NCBI GenBank assembly: GCA_035534895.1
Contig: DATLRC010000006.1
Location: 11,983-75,982, forward strand
Reading direction: 5' to 3'
Origin: Candidatus Dormiibacterota bacterium
GTDB lineage: Bacteria; Patescibacteriota; Saccharimonadia; Saccharimonadales; UBA4665
DNA length: 64,000 nucleotides
Each line of letters starts with the position of its first letter. The stretch's first letter is position 1. A model generated the notes under the pieces. That model saw only the letters and a program-made list of their open reading frames with translations, searched no databases and was not told the DNA's origin. This document shows, piece by piece, positions 1 to 8,602 of this stretch. A program made the translations under genes and the position numbers.

Positions 1-374
1 ATGCTGGCAAAATTGATGGTTGGTTTGGTAACATGGTGATCGATAATCACACATGGCTTAGAGGCTAACCAACTTTTTTGACCGTTTTTTTCAAGTGTTT
101 CAAGCAGCGATAGTGCCGCGGTGTCAACGATAATTGAGGCATCGAACTTGGTAGGTAGTGTTTTTTGGACACGATCCCAGCCGGGTAAATAAGTTAGATA
201 ACCGGGCATATCGACGCCACAGTAGAGATATGGTTCCTTGCCCAATTTATCTAGGATTTGCTCAAGCGCTAAAGCTGATGCCAAACTATCAGCATCAGGG
301 TTATCGGCTTGGACAATAACTATTCGCTGGGCAGCGTCTATCATCTTATTAATTTCAGTGGCTTGTTTGATCAT
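1..374 (-). CDS. DHH-family phosphoesterase (NrnA-like), N-terminal part; the gene runs off the window start
   Basis: My own translation of the minus strand from the ATG at 372-374 gives MIKQATEINKMIDAAQRIVIVQADNPDADSLASALALEQIL...KPCVIIDHHVT. It contains an NPDxDS motif and a DHH motif. It is absent from the ORF track because there is no stop inside the window. Confidence 0.7.
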   Translation of the reverse strand, partial: MIKQATEINKMIDAAQRIVIVQADNPDADSLASALALEQILDKLGKEPYLYCGVDMPGYLTYLPGWDRVQKTLPTKFDASIIVDTAALSLLETLEKNGQKSWLASKPCVIIDHHVTKPTINFAS

Positions 375-414
375 CTAGTTAAATTGTAATTTCTTGAGTT
401 TAAAATGCCTAATT

Positions 415-1020
415 TTAAAATGGTTGCCGGCCTTCGAGAGCACGACTTAAGGTTATTTGGTCGGCATATTCAAGATCTACGCCTATTGGCAGGCCTCGAG
501 CTAATCTTGTCACTTTTAGTTTTCGTTTACCTACTTGCTGTTGAATATAAAGAGCTGTCGATTCACCCTCAACGCTGGCACTGGTGGCTAGAATTACTTC
601 TTCAACACCATCGGCGTCTATTCGTTCAACTAATTCCTTGACATGAAGTTGTTCAGGCCCGATATCGTCTATCGGTGATATTAGTCCACCCAGGACGTGA
701 TAAGTGCCATGAAACTGGCCAGTTTTTTCAATTGCAATCAGATCAAATGGTTCGGCTACAACGGCCACAATTTTTTTATTTCGGCCTGAATTGGTGTATA
801 GCTCAGAAAGTTTTGTGCCGGCCGGTATGAGTGCAAATGTTTTTTGACAGTAGTCGATATGATCTTTTAGCTGACTTAAGGCACTAGCAATCTGGAGCGA
901 TAAACTGTTATCCTGACGGGCCAGATAGTAAGCGTAGCGTTCAGCTGTTCGCGGGCCAACACCCGGTAACAGCCCAAATGCTTCGATAAGATCAGTTAAT
1001 GCCGGAGGTAGAACTTGCAT
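415..1020 (-). CDS. recR: Recombination protein RecR (Toprim domain present, zinc finger degenerate)
   Basis: N-terminal HhH motif LPGVGPRTAERYAYYL and Toprim region VEEVILATSASVEGESTALYI. It follows ybaB, as in the conserved dnaX-ybaB-recR arrangement. Confidence 0.9.
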   Translation of the reverse strand: MQVLPPALTDLIEAFGLLPGVGPRTAERYAYYLARQDNSLSLQIASALSQLKDHIDYCQKTFALIPAGTKLSELYTNSGRNKKIVAVVAEPFDLIAIEKTGQFHGTYHVLGGLISPIDDIGPEQLHVKELVERIDADGVEEVILATSASVEGESTALYIQQQVGKRKLKVTRLARGLPIGVDLEYADQITLSRALEGRQPF

Positions 1021-1036
1021 GGTCAGAGATTATTGA

Positions 1037-1330
1037 TTAGAAGCCCAAGTCGCCCAATGAGCCCATCATTGGTTGCATTTTTTGAGCCGCTATACGTTGG
1101 CTCTCGGCAATTGCCTCTTTGACGGCATCTTCGATCCAGCGTTCAAGTTGTGCTATATCTTCTAGGTCGACTGACTGGGGGTTGATGTGTATTTTCTTTA
1201 GTTTTTGCTCACCACTGATCTCGACACTTACAGCGCCATCTCCCTTGTTCACGGTAATTATTTGTTTTTGGAGTTCTTTTTGTATTTTCTTAACGCGCAT
1301 TACCATCTTGGCTTGATCAAAACGACTCAT
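1037..1330 (-). CDS. ybaB: YbaB/EbfC family nucleoid-associated protein
   Basis: 97 aa with the family-typical pattern (KIQKELQK..., VSVEISGEQKLKKIHINP). It sits next to recR. Confidence 0.85.
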   Translation of the reverse strand: MSRFDQAKMVMRVKKIQKELQKQIITVNKGDGAVSVEISGEQKLKKIHINPQSVDLEDIAQLERWIEDAVKEAIAESQRIAAQKMQPMMGSLGDLGF

Positions 1331-1364
1331 TGATAACTCCTTTTCCTATAATAATTGTAACAGA

Positions 1365-2621
1365 TTACCTGATAGATTGTCGCTCCGGTTGAAGAACGGT
1401 TTTAAAGCTAGTTTTGGTAGTTGGATTATTGGACCATGCCACAAGATAGAGACGACTATTATAGAGGCTGCTGAGGGAAACGGTAATAACAATCAGGCTG
1501 AGGCCTAAACTTCTGGCCAGGGGATTCAATGGGAAGACCCGATACCATTGGTGCAGCAGATAGGCGATGCCGGTGGCGGTCATCAGAACAATGATCGGCA
1601 GAACCATGGCGGGACTGGATACACCCAGGCCGACAACCAGCCAGCTTACAGCTAGCAAAATTAAATTGGCTTGCCAACGTTTCTGGCGTATTTGCTGGCT
1701 GTAAATAATCAGTCCAACTAGAGCAAAAGCAGTTTGGATAACATCCAAGGCCGGTAAGCTGTCCAGATGTTGACTTGGATCAGCCTTCGTTGGCGTATGC
1801 CAGAAGATGTTCAGAGCAAGATTAATTATATTGTGCAGCAGATTACTCCAGATCGGTATGTTTCCAACAAGTTTTATGCCTAGCCATGGCTCGAAGCCAG
1901 CTAGTCCTCTTGACAAAATAGAGCTGGCCAAAAAGATGATTAAGGGTGCTAGCAAGACTAGGAAAGTCAAACTGCCGAAGATAATTGGTAGTCGGCCGAC
2001 ACGGCTGAGCATTAGTCTAAGTTTCGGGACTTGTAGTGCCACGGCTGTTATTGCTAGCCAAAGTGCACCCGGTATATATAGAACAAAGGCCAAAGCTACT
2101 AACCAGAGCCAGAATTGAAGTCTTCCCTGTTGCCTACCTAGGATAACCATTAAGCCAATAAGAATAAGCGGTACAGTTGCTTGGAGTATATCGGGAGAAC
2201 CAAAACGGGCTAAGAATAAAAACCAACTACCAGCGCCAAAGAGCAGGACTCCTAGGGAGGCTATTTTGTAACCGTGCCATGTTTTTAAAATGTAATAAAC
2301 TAAGGCCAAAGCTACTAGTCCGAAAAAGACGCTCGACAAACGAAAAACCAGTAGACTGTGATGAAAGTGAAACAAAAGTTTTGTTAGCAATATCCAGGGC
2401 CCATTCAACATATCGTGGCCGGAAATGTTCATTAAGTTATTTAAAATTGTGTTCTTGTTGGCTATCTCGATTGGGCTAGCTAAATTAGACGTCAGGGAGC
2501 TAAGTCTAAAAAATAATAAGCCGATTAGAAAAATAAATACTAAACAAGCTGTCAGGAGAGGCATTCCACCTTTAGTCAGAAGCCCAAAAAAACGTCTCAT
2601 ATTTGGCGTTAAGTATAACAC
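1365..2621 (-). CDS. Polytopic integral membrane protein (possibly a GT-C/ArnT-like glycosyltransferase)
   Basis: 418 aa with about 10 or more hydrophobic segments. No catalytic motif could be confirmed by eye, so the function is only a guess. Confidence 0.55.
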   Translation of the reverse strand: MLYLTPNMRRFFGLLTKGGMPLLTACLVFIFLIGLLFFRLSSLTSNLASPIEIANKNTILNNLMNISGHDMLNGPWILLTKLLFHFHHSLLVFRLSSVFFGLVALALVYYILKTWHGYKIASLGVLLFGAGSWFLFLARFGSPDILQATVPLILIGLMVILGRQQGRLQFWLWLVALAFVLYIPGALWLAITAVALQVPKLRLMLSRVGRLPIIFGSLTFLVLLAPLIIFLASSILSRGLAGFEPWLGIKLVGNIPIWSNLLHNIINLALNIFWHTPTKADPSQHLDSLPALDVIQTAFALVGLIIYSQQIRQKRWQANLILLAVSWLVVGLGVSSPAMVLPIIVLMTATGIAYLLHQWYRVFPLNPLARSLGLSLIVITVSLSSLYNSRLYLVAWSNNPTTKTSFKTVLQPERQSIR

Positions 2622-2639
2622 AGAAAGTGAGGCTATAAA

Positions 2640-4007
2640 TTATTGACTAAAGGGGTCAGAATGATGAGTATCAAGTGAACGGAAGCGTTGTTTTTCATTT
2701 TCAAAATAGAGTTCAAGACCACCAGTTGGACCATTGCGGTGTTTTTTGATCAGTATGTCGGTGATCTTCTTGCGGTCGGTATCGGGGTTGTAGTATTCTT
2801 CGCGGTAAATAAAGGCCACCACGTCGGCGTCTTGTTCAATTGAACCTGATTCGCGCAGGTCGGCAAGCTGTGGAATCTGGGGATTGCGGCTTTCAACCGA
2901 ACGACTGAGTTGGCTGAGGGCTAACAAGGGAACGTTTAACTCTCGTGCCACACCCTTAAGCCCGCGTGATATTTCAGAAATTTCCTGTACCCGGTTTGCG
3001 TCTGAATTGTATCGTCCACCGCCACTCATGAGCTGTAGGTAGTCAACAATAATTAAGCCTAATTTTCGCTGATGGTGCTCACGGCGGGCTTTGGTGCGTA
3101 TATCACTAATTGTAATGCCCGGTGTATCGTCAATGTAGATTGGCGCTTCGCTCAATGTTCCCATGGCTTGGCCAATTTTCTCAAAGTCGGTGTCTGTCAG
3201 ATTGCCTGTCCGTAGTGCCCAGGCATCAACTCCTGACTCCATTGACAAGAGGCGGTCTACGAGCTGTTCTTTGCTCATTTCAAGACTGAAAATTAATACC
3301 GGTTGTTTTGTGTCAACGGCAACATTATGAGCAATGTTTAAGGCCAAAGCCGTTTTACCCATCGATGGGCGGGCGGCTAGAATAATAAGGTCTGATGGTT
3401 GTAGTCCGGCTAAGGTGTTGTCCAGGTCTTTGTAGCCGGTCGGTAAGCCTCTAAGTTTTTTCTTATCTTTATGTAGTTCGTCTAGCCGATCAAAACTCTC
3501 GGCCAATATGGCTTCCAGACTGATAACATTGTGCTTAACATGGTGTTGGCTAACTTCAAACAGTCGGCTTTCGGCTTCTTCAATTAGTTCTCTTAAGGCT
3601 TTTGATTCATCATACCCTAGTGCGGTCATGTCCTGAGAGGCAACAATTAAGCGCCTACGCAATGCTTTTTGAGATACTATGTCAGCATACTGTTCCGCAT
3701 GAGCCGCGGTTGGTACGAAGTTGGTAAGTTCGCTTAGATAGGCGCCACCACCAATCATTTCCAAGTAACCATTATTTTTTAACTGGTCAGACAGAGTCAA
3801 AACATCTATGGCTTGTCGCTTTTCGTAAAGCTTGAGCGCTGCTTCGTAAATTCGTTCATGCCTTTTGTCATAGAAATCACTTGGGCTTATAACATCGGCA
3901 ATCTTGACAATGGCATCAGCGTCTATTAAGATCGCGCCGAGCAATGATGCTTCGGCTTCAGCATTTTGGGGCGGTTGCTTAGTAGTGGGTGCTTGTGATG
4001 GTTCCAT
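2640..4007 (-). CDS. dnaB: Replicative DNA helicase DnaB
   Basis: N-terminal PPQNAEAEASLLGAIL, Walker A ARPSMGKTALAL, and RecA-like C-terminal motifs (IIVDYLQLM, LSQLSR). No intein-sized insertion. Confidence 0.95.
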   Translation of the reverse strand: MEPSQAPTTKQPPQNAEAEASLLGAILIDADAIVKIADVISPSDFYDKRHERIYEAALKLYEKRQAIDVLTLSDQLKNNGYLEMIGGGAYLSELTNFVPTAAHAEQYADIVSQKALRRRLIVASQDMTALGYDESKALRELIEEAESRLFEVSQHHVKHNVISLEAILAESFDRLDELHKDKKKLRGLPTGYKDLDNTLAGLQPSDLIILAARPSMGKTALALNIAHNVAVDTKQPVLIFSLEMSKEQLVDRLLSMESGVDAWALRTGNLTDTDFEKIGQAMGTLSEAPIYIDDTPGITISDIRTKARREHHQRKLGLIIVDYLQLMSGGGRYNSDANRVQEISEISRGLKGVARELNVPLLALSQLSRSVESRNPQIPQLADLRESGSIEQDADVVAFIYREEYYNPDTDRKKITDILIKKHRNGPTGGLELYFENEKQRFRSLDTHHSDPFSQ

Positions 4008-4022
4008 TGTTCGTTACCTAGA

Positions 4023-5471
4023 TTATGATTTTAACAGTTCGCCGCCACCAAAAATATTGCTTATGGTATCGACTGCCAGAATAGGTTCATCTGAGCTTGC
4101 GAATTGGCTGGCGTCAGTACTTGGTTTAGCATCTGACAGTAAACATACGATCTCAACTGCCTGGCCCGTTTTTTCTTTTATTATATCTGTTAGTAATTGG
4201 CGGTTTTTAATTTCACTGACTAGCTTGCGGTGGAAGGCAAAACCAAAGCTGAGTGTTAATTTACCCTTTTGACTAAAGTCTGGCTTGGCCATCCTGATGA
4301 TCCCGTAGAGGGTATTGTACTGCTTTTTAAGTGCCGCTAATATGTCAGGCCAAATCGATTCATCAAGGCTGATTAGTTCTTTTGGAGTTGTGGACTCAGT
4401 TTTTCTAGAAGGAGGTGGTAGTTTCGGATCGTTTGTTTTAACAGTGGTTTTGATTTTAGACTTGTTTTCTGCTGGCTCGGTCTCGCTCTTTAGACTCGAT
4501 TTTGGGTCTGGTTTTTGGCTAAGAGCAATTTCTAGGACGACAATTTCAAGTAGTCGTTCGGGGTCAAATGAGGCTGGAACAGACAGCAGTCTATCTAGTA
4601 ACTGAAGTAAAAGCTTGCTTGGCAACTTGTTTGTCTGATCGATTAACTGTTGCCTAAGTTGTCTACTAAGTTGCTTGGCAATGGCAGGAGCTTGAAAGCC
4701 TTGTTCATAAAGGAAGCTGATTAATTTTATAACTTCTTGAGGGTTGGTCTGCAGGCATTTTACTAAAAGGTTAATAGATTCTTCCGGTGGTATGCCCAGT
4801 AAGGAATATACTTCTTGGACGTCGATTGGTTGAGTCTGGTTGGCGGCTTGATCAAGTAGACTTATGCTGTCTCGGAAACTGCCTTCACCATGCTCAGCGA
4901 GCAGAGAAAGTGCCTGGTCACTAATAACAATTTTCTCTTTTTGAGCAATAAAGCGTAAATGCTTAGCTACGGCGGCTGCAGCAACAGGCTTAAAGTTGAA
5001 GTGTTGGGTGCGACTTATGATGGTCTCTGGCAATTTATGTGCTTCGGTGGTGGCTAACATAAACACCACATGGGCTGGTGGTTCTTCAAGTGTTTTAAGC
5101 AATGCGTTGAATGCTTCACGGGTTAGCATGTGTACCTCATCAATAATGTAGACTTTATACTTTGCTAAAACTGGAGCGACATTAACTTTTTCACGCAGTT
5201 CGCGAATTTCATCAATTCTTCTGTTGCTGGCGGCGTCTATCTCTATAATGTCAATGTGCGAACTATCAGATTGATAAGGCAGATTGTTAATTTGATGGGC
5301 TAGAATACGGGCAATAGAGGTTTTACCGACACCACGCGGTCCGCTAAAAAGATAAGCATGGCTGATTCGACCACTCTTCAGTGCTTGTTCCAAAGTTGTG
5401 GTTATATGCTCTTGGCCAACTATTTCAGCCAGACTCATCGAGCGATATTTACGATACAGTGCTTGCCCCAT
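4023..5471 (-). CDS. dnaX: DNA polymerase III subunit gamma/tau
   Basis: YRKYRS...GQEHI start, Walker A GPRGVGKTS, DEVHML, and the sensor motif NALLKTLEEPP...SRTQ. Confidence 0.93.
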   Translation of the reverse strand: MGQALYRKYRSMSLAEIVGQEHITTTLEQALKSGRISHAYLFSGPRGVGKTSIARILAHQINNLPYQSDSSHIDIIEIDAASNRRIDEIRELREKVNVAPVLAKYKVYIIDEVHMLTREAFNALLKTLEEPPAHVVFMLATTEAHKLPETIISRTQHFNFKPVAAAAVAKHLRFIAQKEKIVISDQALSLLAEHGEGSFRDSISLLDQAANQTQPIDVQEVYSLLGIPPEESINLLVKCLQTNPQEVIKLISFLYEQGFQAPAIAKQLSRQLRQQLIDQTNKLPSKLLLQLLDRLLSVPASFDPERLLEIVVLEIALSQKPDPKSSLKSETEPAENKSKIKTTVKTNDPKLPPPSRKTESTTPKELISLDESIWPDILAALKKQYNTLYGIIRMAKPDFSQKGKLTLSFGFAFHRKLVSEIKNRQLLTDIIKEKTGQAVEIVCLLSDAKPSTDASQFASSDEPILAVDTISNIFGGGELLKS

Positions 5472-5544
5472 AGACAGTAACTAATTATAGCGGAGACGCT
5501 CAAACAATGCTGTTGTTTAATTATGTAATGACAGAACTTTAATG

Positions 5545-6054
5545 TTAGAGTGCGGCTTCTAGGGCTGCCCATTCGGCGGTCGAGTCGTCTTCTGGTAAGT
5601 TGACACTGACTTGATCTCCTGGTTTTGCTTTGAAGTAGGTAACACTAGCTAACAGGACACGAAATTTCTTATCACCAACGTCCACGAAATAATGGCCGTT
5701 TTCCAATATTAGACTACCTACAACTTGCTTACGTGGAACCGGTCCGATTTGTTTGTACAAAAAAGTTCCGTCGTCGGCAATCGTTAATTTTAGAATATCT
5801 CCTTGAACCAATTTGGACTTTGAAGCGTAGTTTGCTGGTACGGGATAGGTTTTGCTGTCCGATCCGACCATATTTTGACCGTCGAAGACACCCTCAATAA
5901 CCTTGCCTATTGTATCCTCTCGCGATACAGGCTGTACTTTCTCATCATCACCAACTAAGCTTATCAAGAGCTCAGTAGCTGCAGCTAAATTTGTTTCAGC
6001 GTCTTGTATAAGAGTTCTCAAACGCTTAATTTGTTTTTCAGGAACATCCGCCAT
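5545..6054 (-). CDS. Hypothetical protein (N-terminal helical segment plus a beta-rich C-terminal part)
   Basis: 169-aa ORF with no competing frame and no motif I recognise. A candidate promoter lies upstream. Confidence 0.65.
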   Translation of the reverse strand: MADVPEKQIKRLRTLIQDAETNLAAATELLISLVGDDEKVQPVSREDTIGKVIEGVFDGQNMVGSDSKTYPVPANYASKSKLVQGDILKLTIADDGTFLYKQIGPVPRKQVVGSLILENGHYFVDVGDKKFRVLLASVTYFKAKPGDQVSVNLPEDDSTAEWAALEAAL

Positions 6055-6100
6055 ATCTTAAACTCTCTCATAAGTGTTTGTTTAGGTACACTTACCCCTA

Positions 6101-6129
6101 AAACTACCATGATAATAACCCAAAGTCAA
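6101..6129 (-). promoter_or_regulatory. Candidate sigma70-type promoter for the 169-aa ORF
   Basis: Minus strand reads TTGACT (6124-6129), a 17-nt spacer, then TAGTTT (6101-6106), about 45 nt upstream of the ATG at 6054. Confidence 0.3.
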
Positions 6130-6219
6130 AATATATTAAAAACGCTGTGGATAAATGACGAGTGATTACCAACGATCTGTGGAAGTATTTCTCTCGGGGG
6201 AGGAGTGTTTAGATTTAAT

Positions 6220-6630
6220 CTAAACTAGTTCAACGATTGCGCCCGCTTCTTCCAAAGCTTTTTTGGCACTTTCAGCATCTTCTTTTTTAGCTTTCTCAAG
6301 TACTACCTTTGGTGCAGCGTCAACTATTGCCTTGGCTTCGCCAAGCCCCAGTTGAGTTATGTCCTTGACAGCCTTAATAACGGCTACCTTTTGTGAGCCA
6401 ACATCCTTAAGCATTACGTCGTATTCACTTTTTTCTGCGGTCGCAGGAAGATCTTCAGAATTTGTTGCTGGGGCAGCAACCGCCGCAGCCGGAGCGGCAG
6501 CACTAACGCCCCAATGTTCCTCAAGGAACTTAACAAATTTGCTAATTTCGAGAGCGCTCATTTTGTCGAGCTCGACAACTACTTTCTCGAATTCTTTGGG
6601 AACGGTTACTTTTTTTTCTGTCTCTGCCAT
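6220..6630 (-). CDS. rplL: 50S ribosomal protein bL12 (L7/L12)
   Basis: Ala-rich hinge AAAPAAAVAAPA and C-terminal domain KAVKDITQLGLGEAKAIVD...AKKALEEAGA. It follows rplJ. Confidence 0.96.
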   Translation of the reverse strand: MAETEKKVTVPKEFEKVVVELDKMSALEISKFVKFLEEHWGVSAAAPAAAVAAPATNSEDLPATAEKSEYDVMLKDVGSQKVAVIKAVKDITQLGLGEAKAIVDAAPKVVLEKAKKEDAESAKKALEEAGAIVELV

Positions 6631-6659
6631 AATATAAATCCTTTCTTAAGATTAGTTTG

Positions 6660-7190
6660 TTAAGCAATGATATCTGCTCTGGCGTTCAATACATTTGAAA
6701 CGCCTCTTAGATTGCTAGCCATTAAATTGATAAAACTGCTTAAAGGAGCGGCCATTGTGCCGACTAGTATGCCTCTTAGTTGTTCTTTACCTGGTAAACT
6801 TGCTAAAGCCTTGACGTCATCTGAGCTAATGAAGAGACCCTTGTCTGTAATTGCGCCTACAAATTGGAGGCTTGGTTGTGTTTTGGCAAACTGAGCTAAG
6901 GCTTGAGCTGGTGCCACTTCGTCTTCAGAGTTAAATGCATAGATCAGCATTCCTCGGAGAACAGACGAGTCAAAATCCTTAAATTTGTCTATACCCTCTA
7001 ATGCTTTAATAAGCAAGCGATTCTTTACAACCTGCACGTGTGTGCCGTTAGTCCTAGCTTGTTGACGCAAGGATTGCATTGCCTTGACTGACGTTCCTTG
7101 ATAGGTAGCTAATACCGTCATTTTTGATTCAATTAGGTACTTGCTAATCTGACTGACCACGGAGTCTTTTTTAGCTTTGGTTAAGGCCAT
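6660..7190 (-). CDS. rplJ: 50S ribosomal protein uL10
   Basis: 176 aa with L10-like sequence (VVKNRLLIKAL, LPGKEQL). AAGGAG Shine-Dalgarno upstream, and it precedes rplL. Confidence 0.95.
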   Translation of the reverse strand: MALTKAKKDSVVSQISKYLIESKMTVLATYQGTSVKAMQSLRQQARTNGTHVQVVKNRLLIKALEGIDKFKDFDSSVLRGMLIYAFNSEDEVAPAQALAQFAKTQPSLQFVGAITDKGLFISSDDVKALASLPGKEQLRGILVGTMAAPLSSFINLMASNLRGVSNVLNARADIIA

Positions 7191-7215
7191 TACTTATCTC
7201 CTTTCAGGGCTTTAA

Positions 7216-7333
7216 CGAGGTGCGGCTATCGACCATTAAACCGGTCACATATTTTCGTTGTACCAAAAAAGCTTCTCGGTTACCAAGAAGCTTCGTTGTG
7301 TGCTCAAAAACAATAATGAATTATCGCACCTCG
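7216..7333 (-). promoter_or_regulatory. Structured 5' leader of rplJ (candidate L10-leader-type autoregulatory RNA)
   Basis: A 9-bp long-range helix (7216-7224 pairs with 7325-7333) encloses a perfect 8-bp hairpin (7269-7276 pairs with 7286-7293, 9-nt loop). It lies between the predicted promoter and the rplJ Shine-Dalgarno. Confidence 0.45.
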
Positions 7334-7384
7334 GCGACATTATCAAGGCTTTTCGGCCCGTCGCTGTCTTTGGTAACTTAGAAC

Positions 7385-7413
7385 ATATTACTCTGTTAGG
7401 CAGATAAAGTCAA
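7385..7413 (-). promoter_or_regulatory. Candidate sigma70 promoter of rplJ-rplL
   Basis: Minus strand reads TTGACT (7408-7413), a 17-nt spacer, then TAATAT (7385-7390). A small hairpin (7418-7432) sits just upstream, after the stop of the preceding ORF. Confidence 0.5.
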
Positions 7414-7437
7414 ACACACAGCGACCTGCTGTCTTTG

Positions 7438-7866
7438 TCAATAAATTGAGGAACTGCTTGGGTGATGCATTAAGGGTTTTGGTGGAGACTGGGTGATATA
7501 TGGGACGTATGTTGTTGTTTCTGGCGTCACTTTATCTAAGACAATTTGTTGCTCACCAGAGGCACTATTAATAATGGAACTACCGTTTTGATCATTGTCA
7601 GCCGGTTTATTTAACGGTTTGTCCCCTATTGTCAATCCAAAAAGTAGAGGATAGAGTTCAGCGGCTTTTTGGGCGATCATATCACCTTGGCACTCATGGC
7701 CGTCGTAGCAGACTATTTCATCTAATGCCATGTCCCTTACGCGATCGATAGCTGATTGTTGGGTGATTGGTTGGTCACCTTCATAAGATTGATCAGTTGT
7801 TAACTGGCCGTATGATCTGCCAAGATCGTGTTGAGGTCGCCAATTGCGTTCAGGGTTAATAGGCAT
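7438..7866 (-). CDS. Hypothetical protein (142 aa, acidic, Pro/Ser/Gln-rich, C-terminal Tyr)
   Basis: The ORF overlaps the upstream ORF by 11 nt. It has no competing frame and no recognisable motif. Confidence 0.6.
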   Translation of the reverse strand: MPINPERNWRPQHDLGRSYGQLTTDQSYEGDQPITQQSAIDRVRDMALDEIVCYDGHECQGDMIAQKAAELYPLLFGLTIGDKPLNKPADNDQNGSSIINSASGEQQIVLDKVTPETTTYVPYITQSPPKPLMHHPSSSSIY

Positions 7867-8158
7867 CCCAAGACTCCCCCTGGCTTATTGGGTAAAAGCT
7901 ATGACCACCTTCAATCATTTGCTCAGCTTGCTTAAGTGCCAAGTCGGCGATTTTCATTTGCACGTGGCGCGGGACTGAAGTCATGCCGTCTCGACGCAGC
8001 ATTGATGCACTAACCTCAAAGGCTGCTGACTCTAAAGCCATAAGTCTTGACTCGTTCGGTTCTTGATTGCTATCTAGACGCAAGCCCTGTAAATCGAGCA
8101 TTGCTTGGCGCACCCTTGTCATATCGGCCCCTGACTTTTGTCTGGTACTGAATTTCAT
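7856..8158 (-). CDS. Hypothetical protein (100 aa, predicted helical, C-terminal Tyr)
   Basis: Middle ORF of a three-gene same-strand cassette. No recognisable motif. Confidence 0.6.
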   Translation of the reverse strand: MKFSTRQKSGADMTRVRQAMLDLQGLRLDSNQEPNESRLMALESAAFEVSASMLRRDGMTSVPRHVQMKIADLALKQAEQMIEGGHSFYPISQGESWDAY

Positions 8159-8184
8159 TTCCTTGGTTCCTGATAAAATATTTT

Positions 8185-8409
8185 TTAATAATTCTCAGGG
8201 TCACTATTTGAATGTCTGAGGATGCTGGATTCGGGGACCATTCGCCCATCTGTTAAAACTACCATACCGTAACCGGGGACAGTTTCTTTAACTTCAGAGA
8301 CATCATATTGCTCACGATAGGCCGCTTCAGACATAACATTGCGAGCAACCATTAGACTTAAATCACGTTCAGGCATTTTAAAGTTTGGTTTTACTTGTTC
8401 GTGGTTCAT
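8185..8409 (-). CDS. Hypothetical protein (74 aa, C-terminal DPENY)
   Basis: First ORF of the cassette. A GGAG sits 9 nt upstream of the ATG. No recognisable motif. Confidence 0.55.
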   Translation of the reverse strand: MNHEQVKPNFKMPERDLSLMVARNVMSEAAYREQYDVSEVKETVPGYGMVVLTDGRMVPESSILRHSNSDPENY

Positions 8410-8430
8410 CGATATTTACTCCATATTGAT

Positions 8431-8460
8431 TAAATTAAAAAGGACTTCGTTGTTGAAGCC
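8431..8460 (-). terminator. Candidate intrinsic terminator/attenuator hairpin in the leader of the small-ORF cassette
   Basis: Minus-strand RNA reads GGCUUC-AACAAC-GAAG(U)CC, followed by UUUUUAAUUUA. The 5' arm is shared with a competing 10-bp helix (see findings). Confidence 0.35.
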
Positions 8461-8590
8461 TACTTTATTATTTGGACTGCGCTAAGCGCGTTTTATTAGG
8501 TGTAGGTGCGCGAGGCTTCAACTAAACTGAAGCACAGTCCCAAACGGACTAGAATAATGTAGCCAAAAGAGTTGTGCTTAGTATTGAAGC
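8452..8590 (-). promoter_or_regulatory. Attenuator-like leader with mutually exclusive helices
   Basis: A perfect 10-bp inverted repeat (8452-8461 with 8513-8522). A third copy of TTGAAGC lies at 8584-8590. There is also a nested set of GGACT/AGTCC complementary segments (8474-8482, 8532-8540, 8546-8550). Confidence 0.4.
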
Positions 8591-8602
8591 TCATAATTGA
8601 CT

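Noticed and set aside
4023-5471. A possible programmed -1 frameshift site in dnaX (A-rich runs near 4170-4185 and 4940-4950).
   Set aside because: Neither run forms an X XXY YYZ slippery heptamer in the dnaX frame. One of them lies too close to the C-terminus to produce a gamma-like product.
6146-6154. A perfect DnaA-box 9-mer (TGTGGATAA, which is TTATCCACA on the minus strand) near dnaX and dnaB. A similar GTGGATAAATG string lies at 27384-27394.
   Set aside because: A single perfect 9-mer is expected by chance about 0.5 times in 64 kb counting both strands. There is no cluster of boxes, no AT-rich unwinding element, and no dnaA or dnaN nearby. This is not an origin.
8496-8594. A 32-codon mini-ORF in the attenuator-like leader, as a bona fide leader peptide.
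   Set aside because: It has no run of regulatory codons, and an ORF of this length can arise by chance. It is kept only as a note within the attenuator finding.
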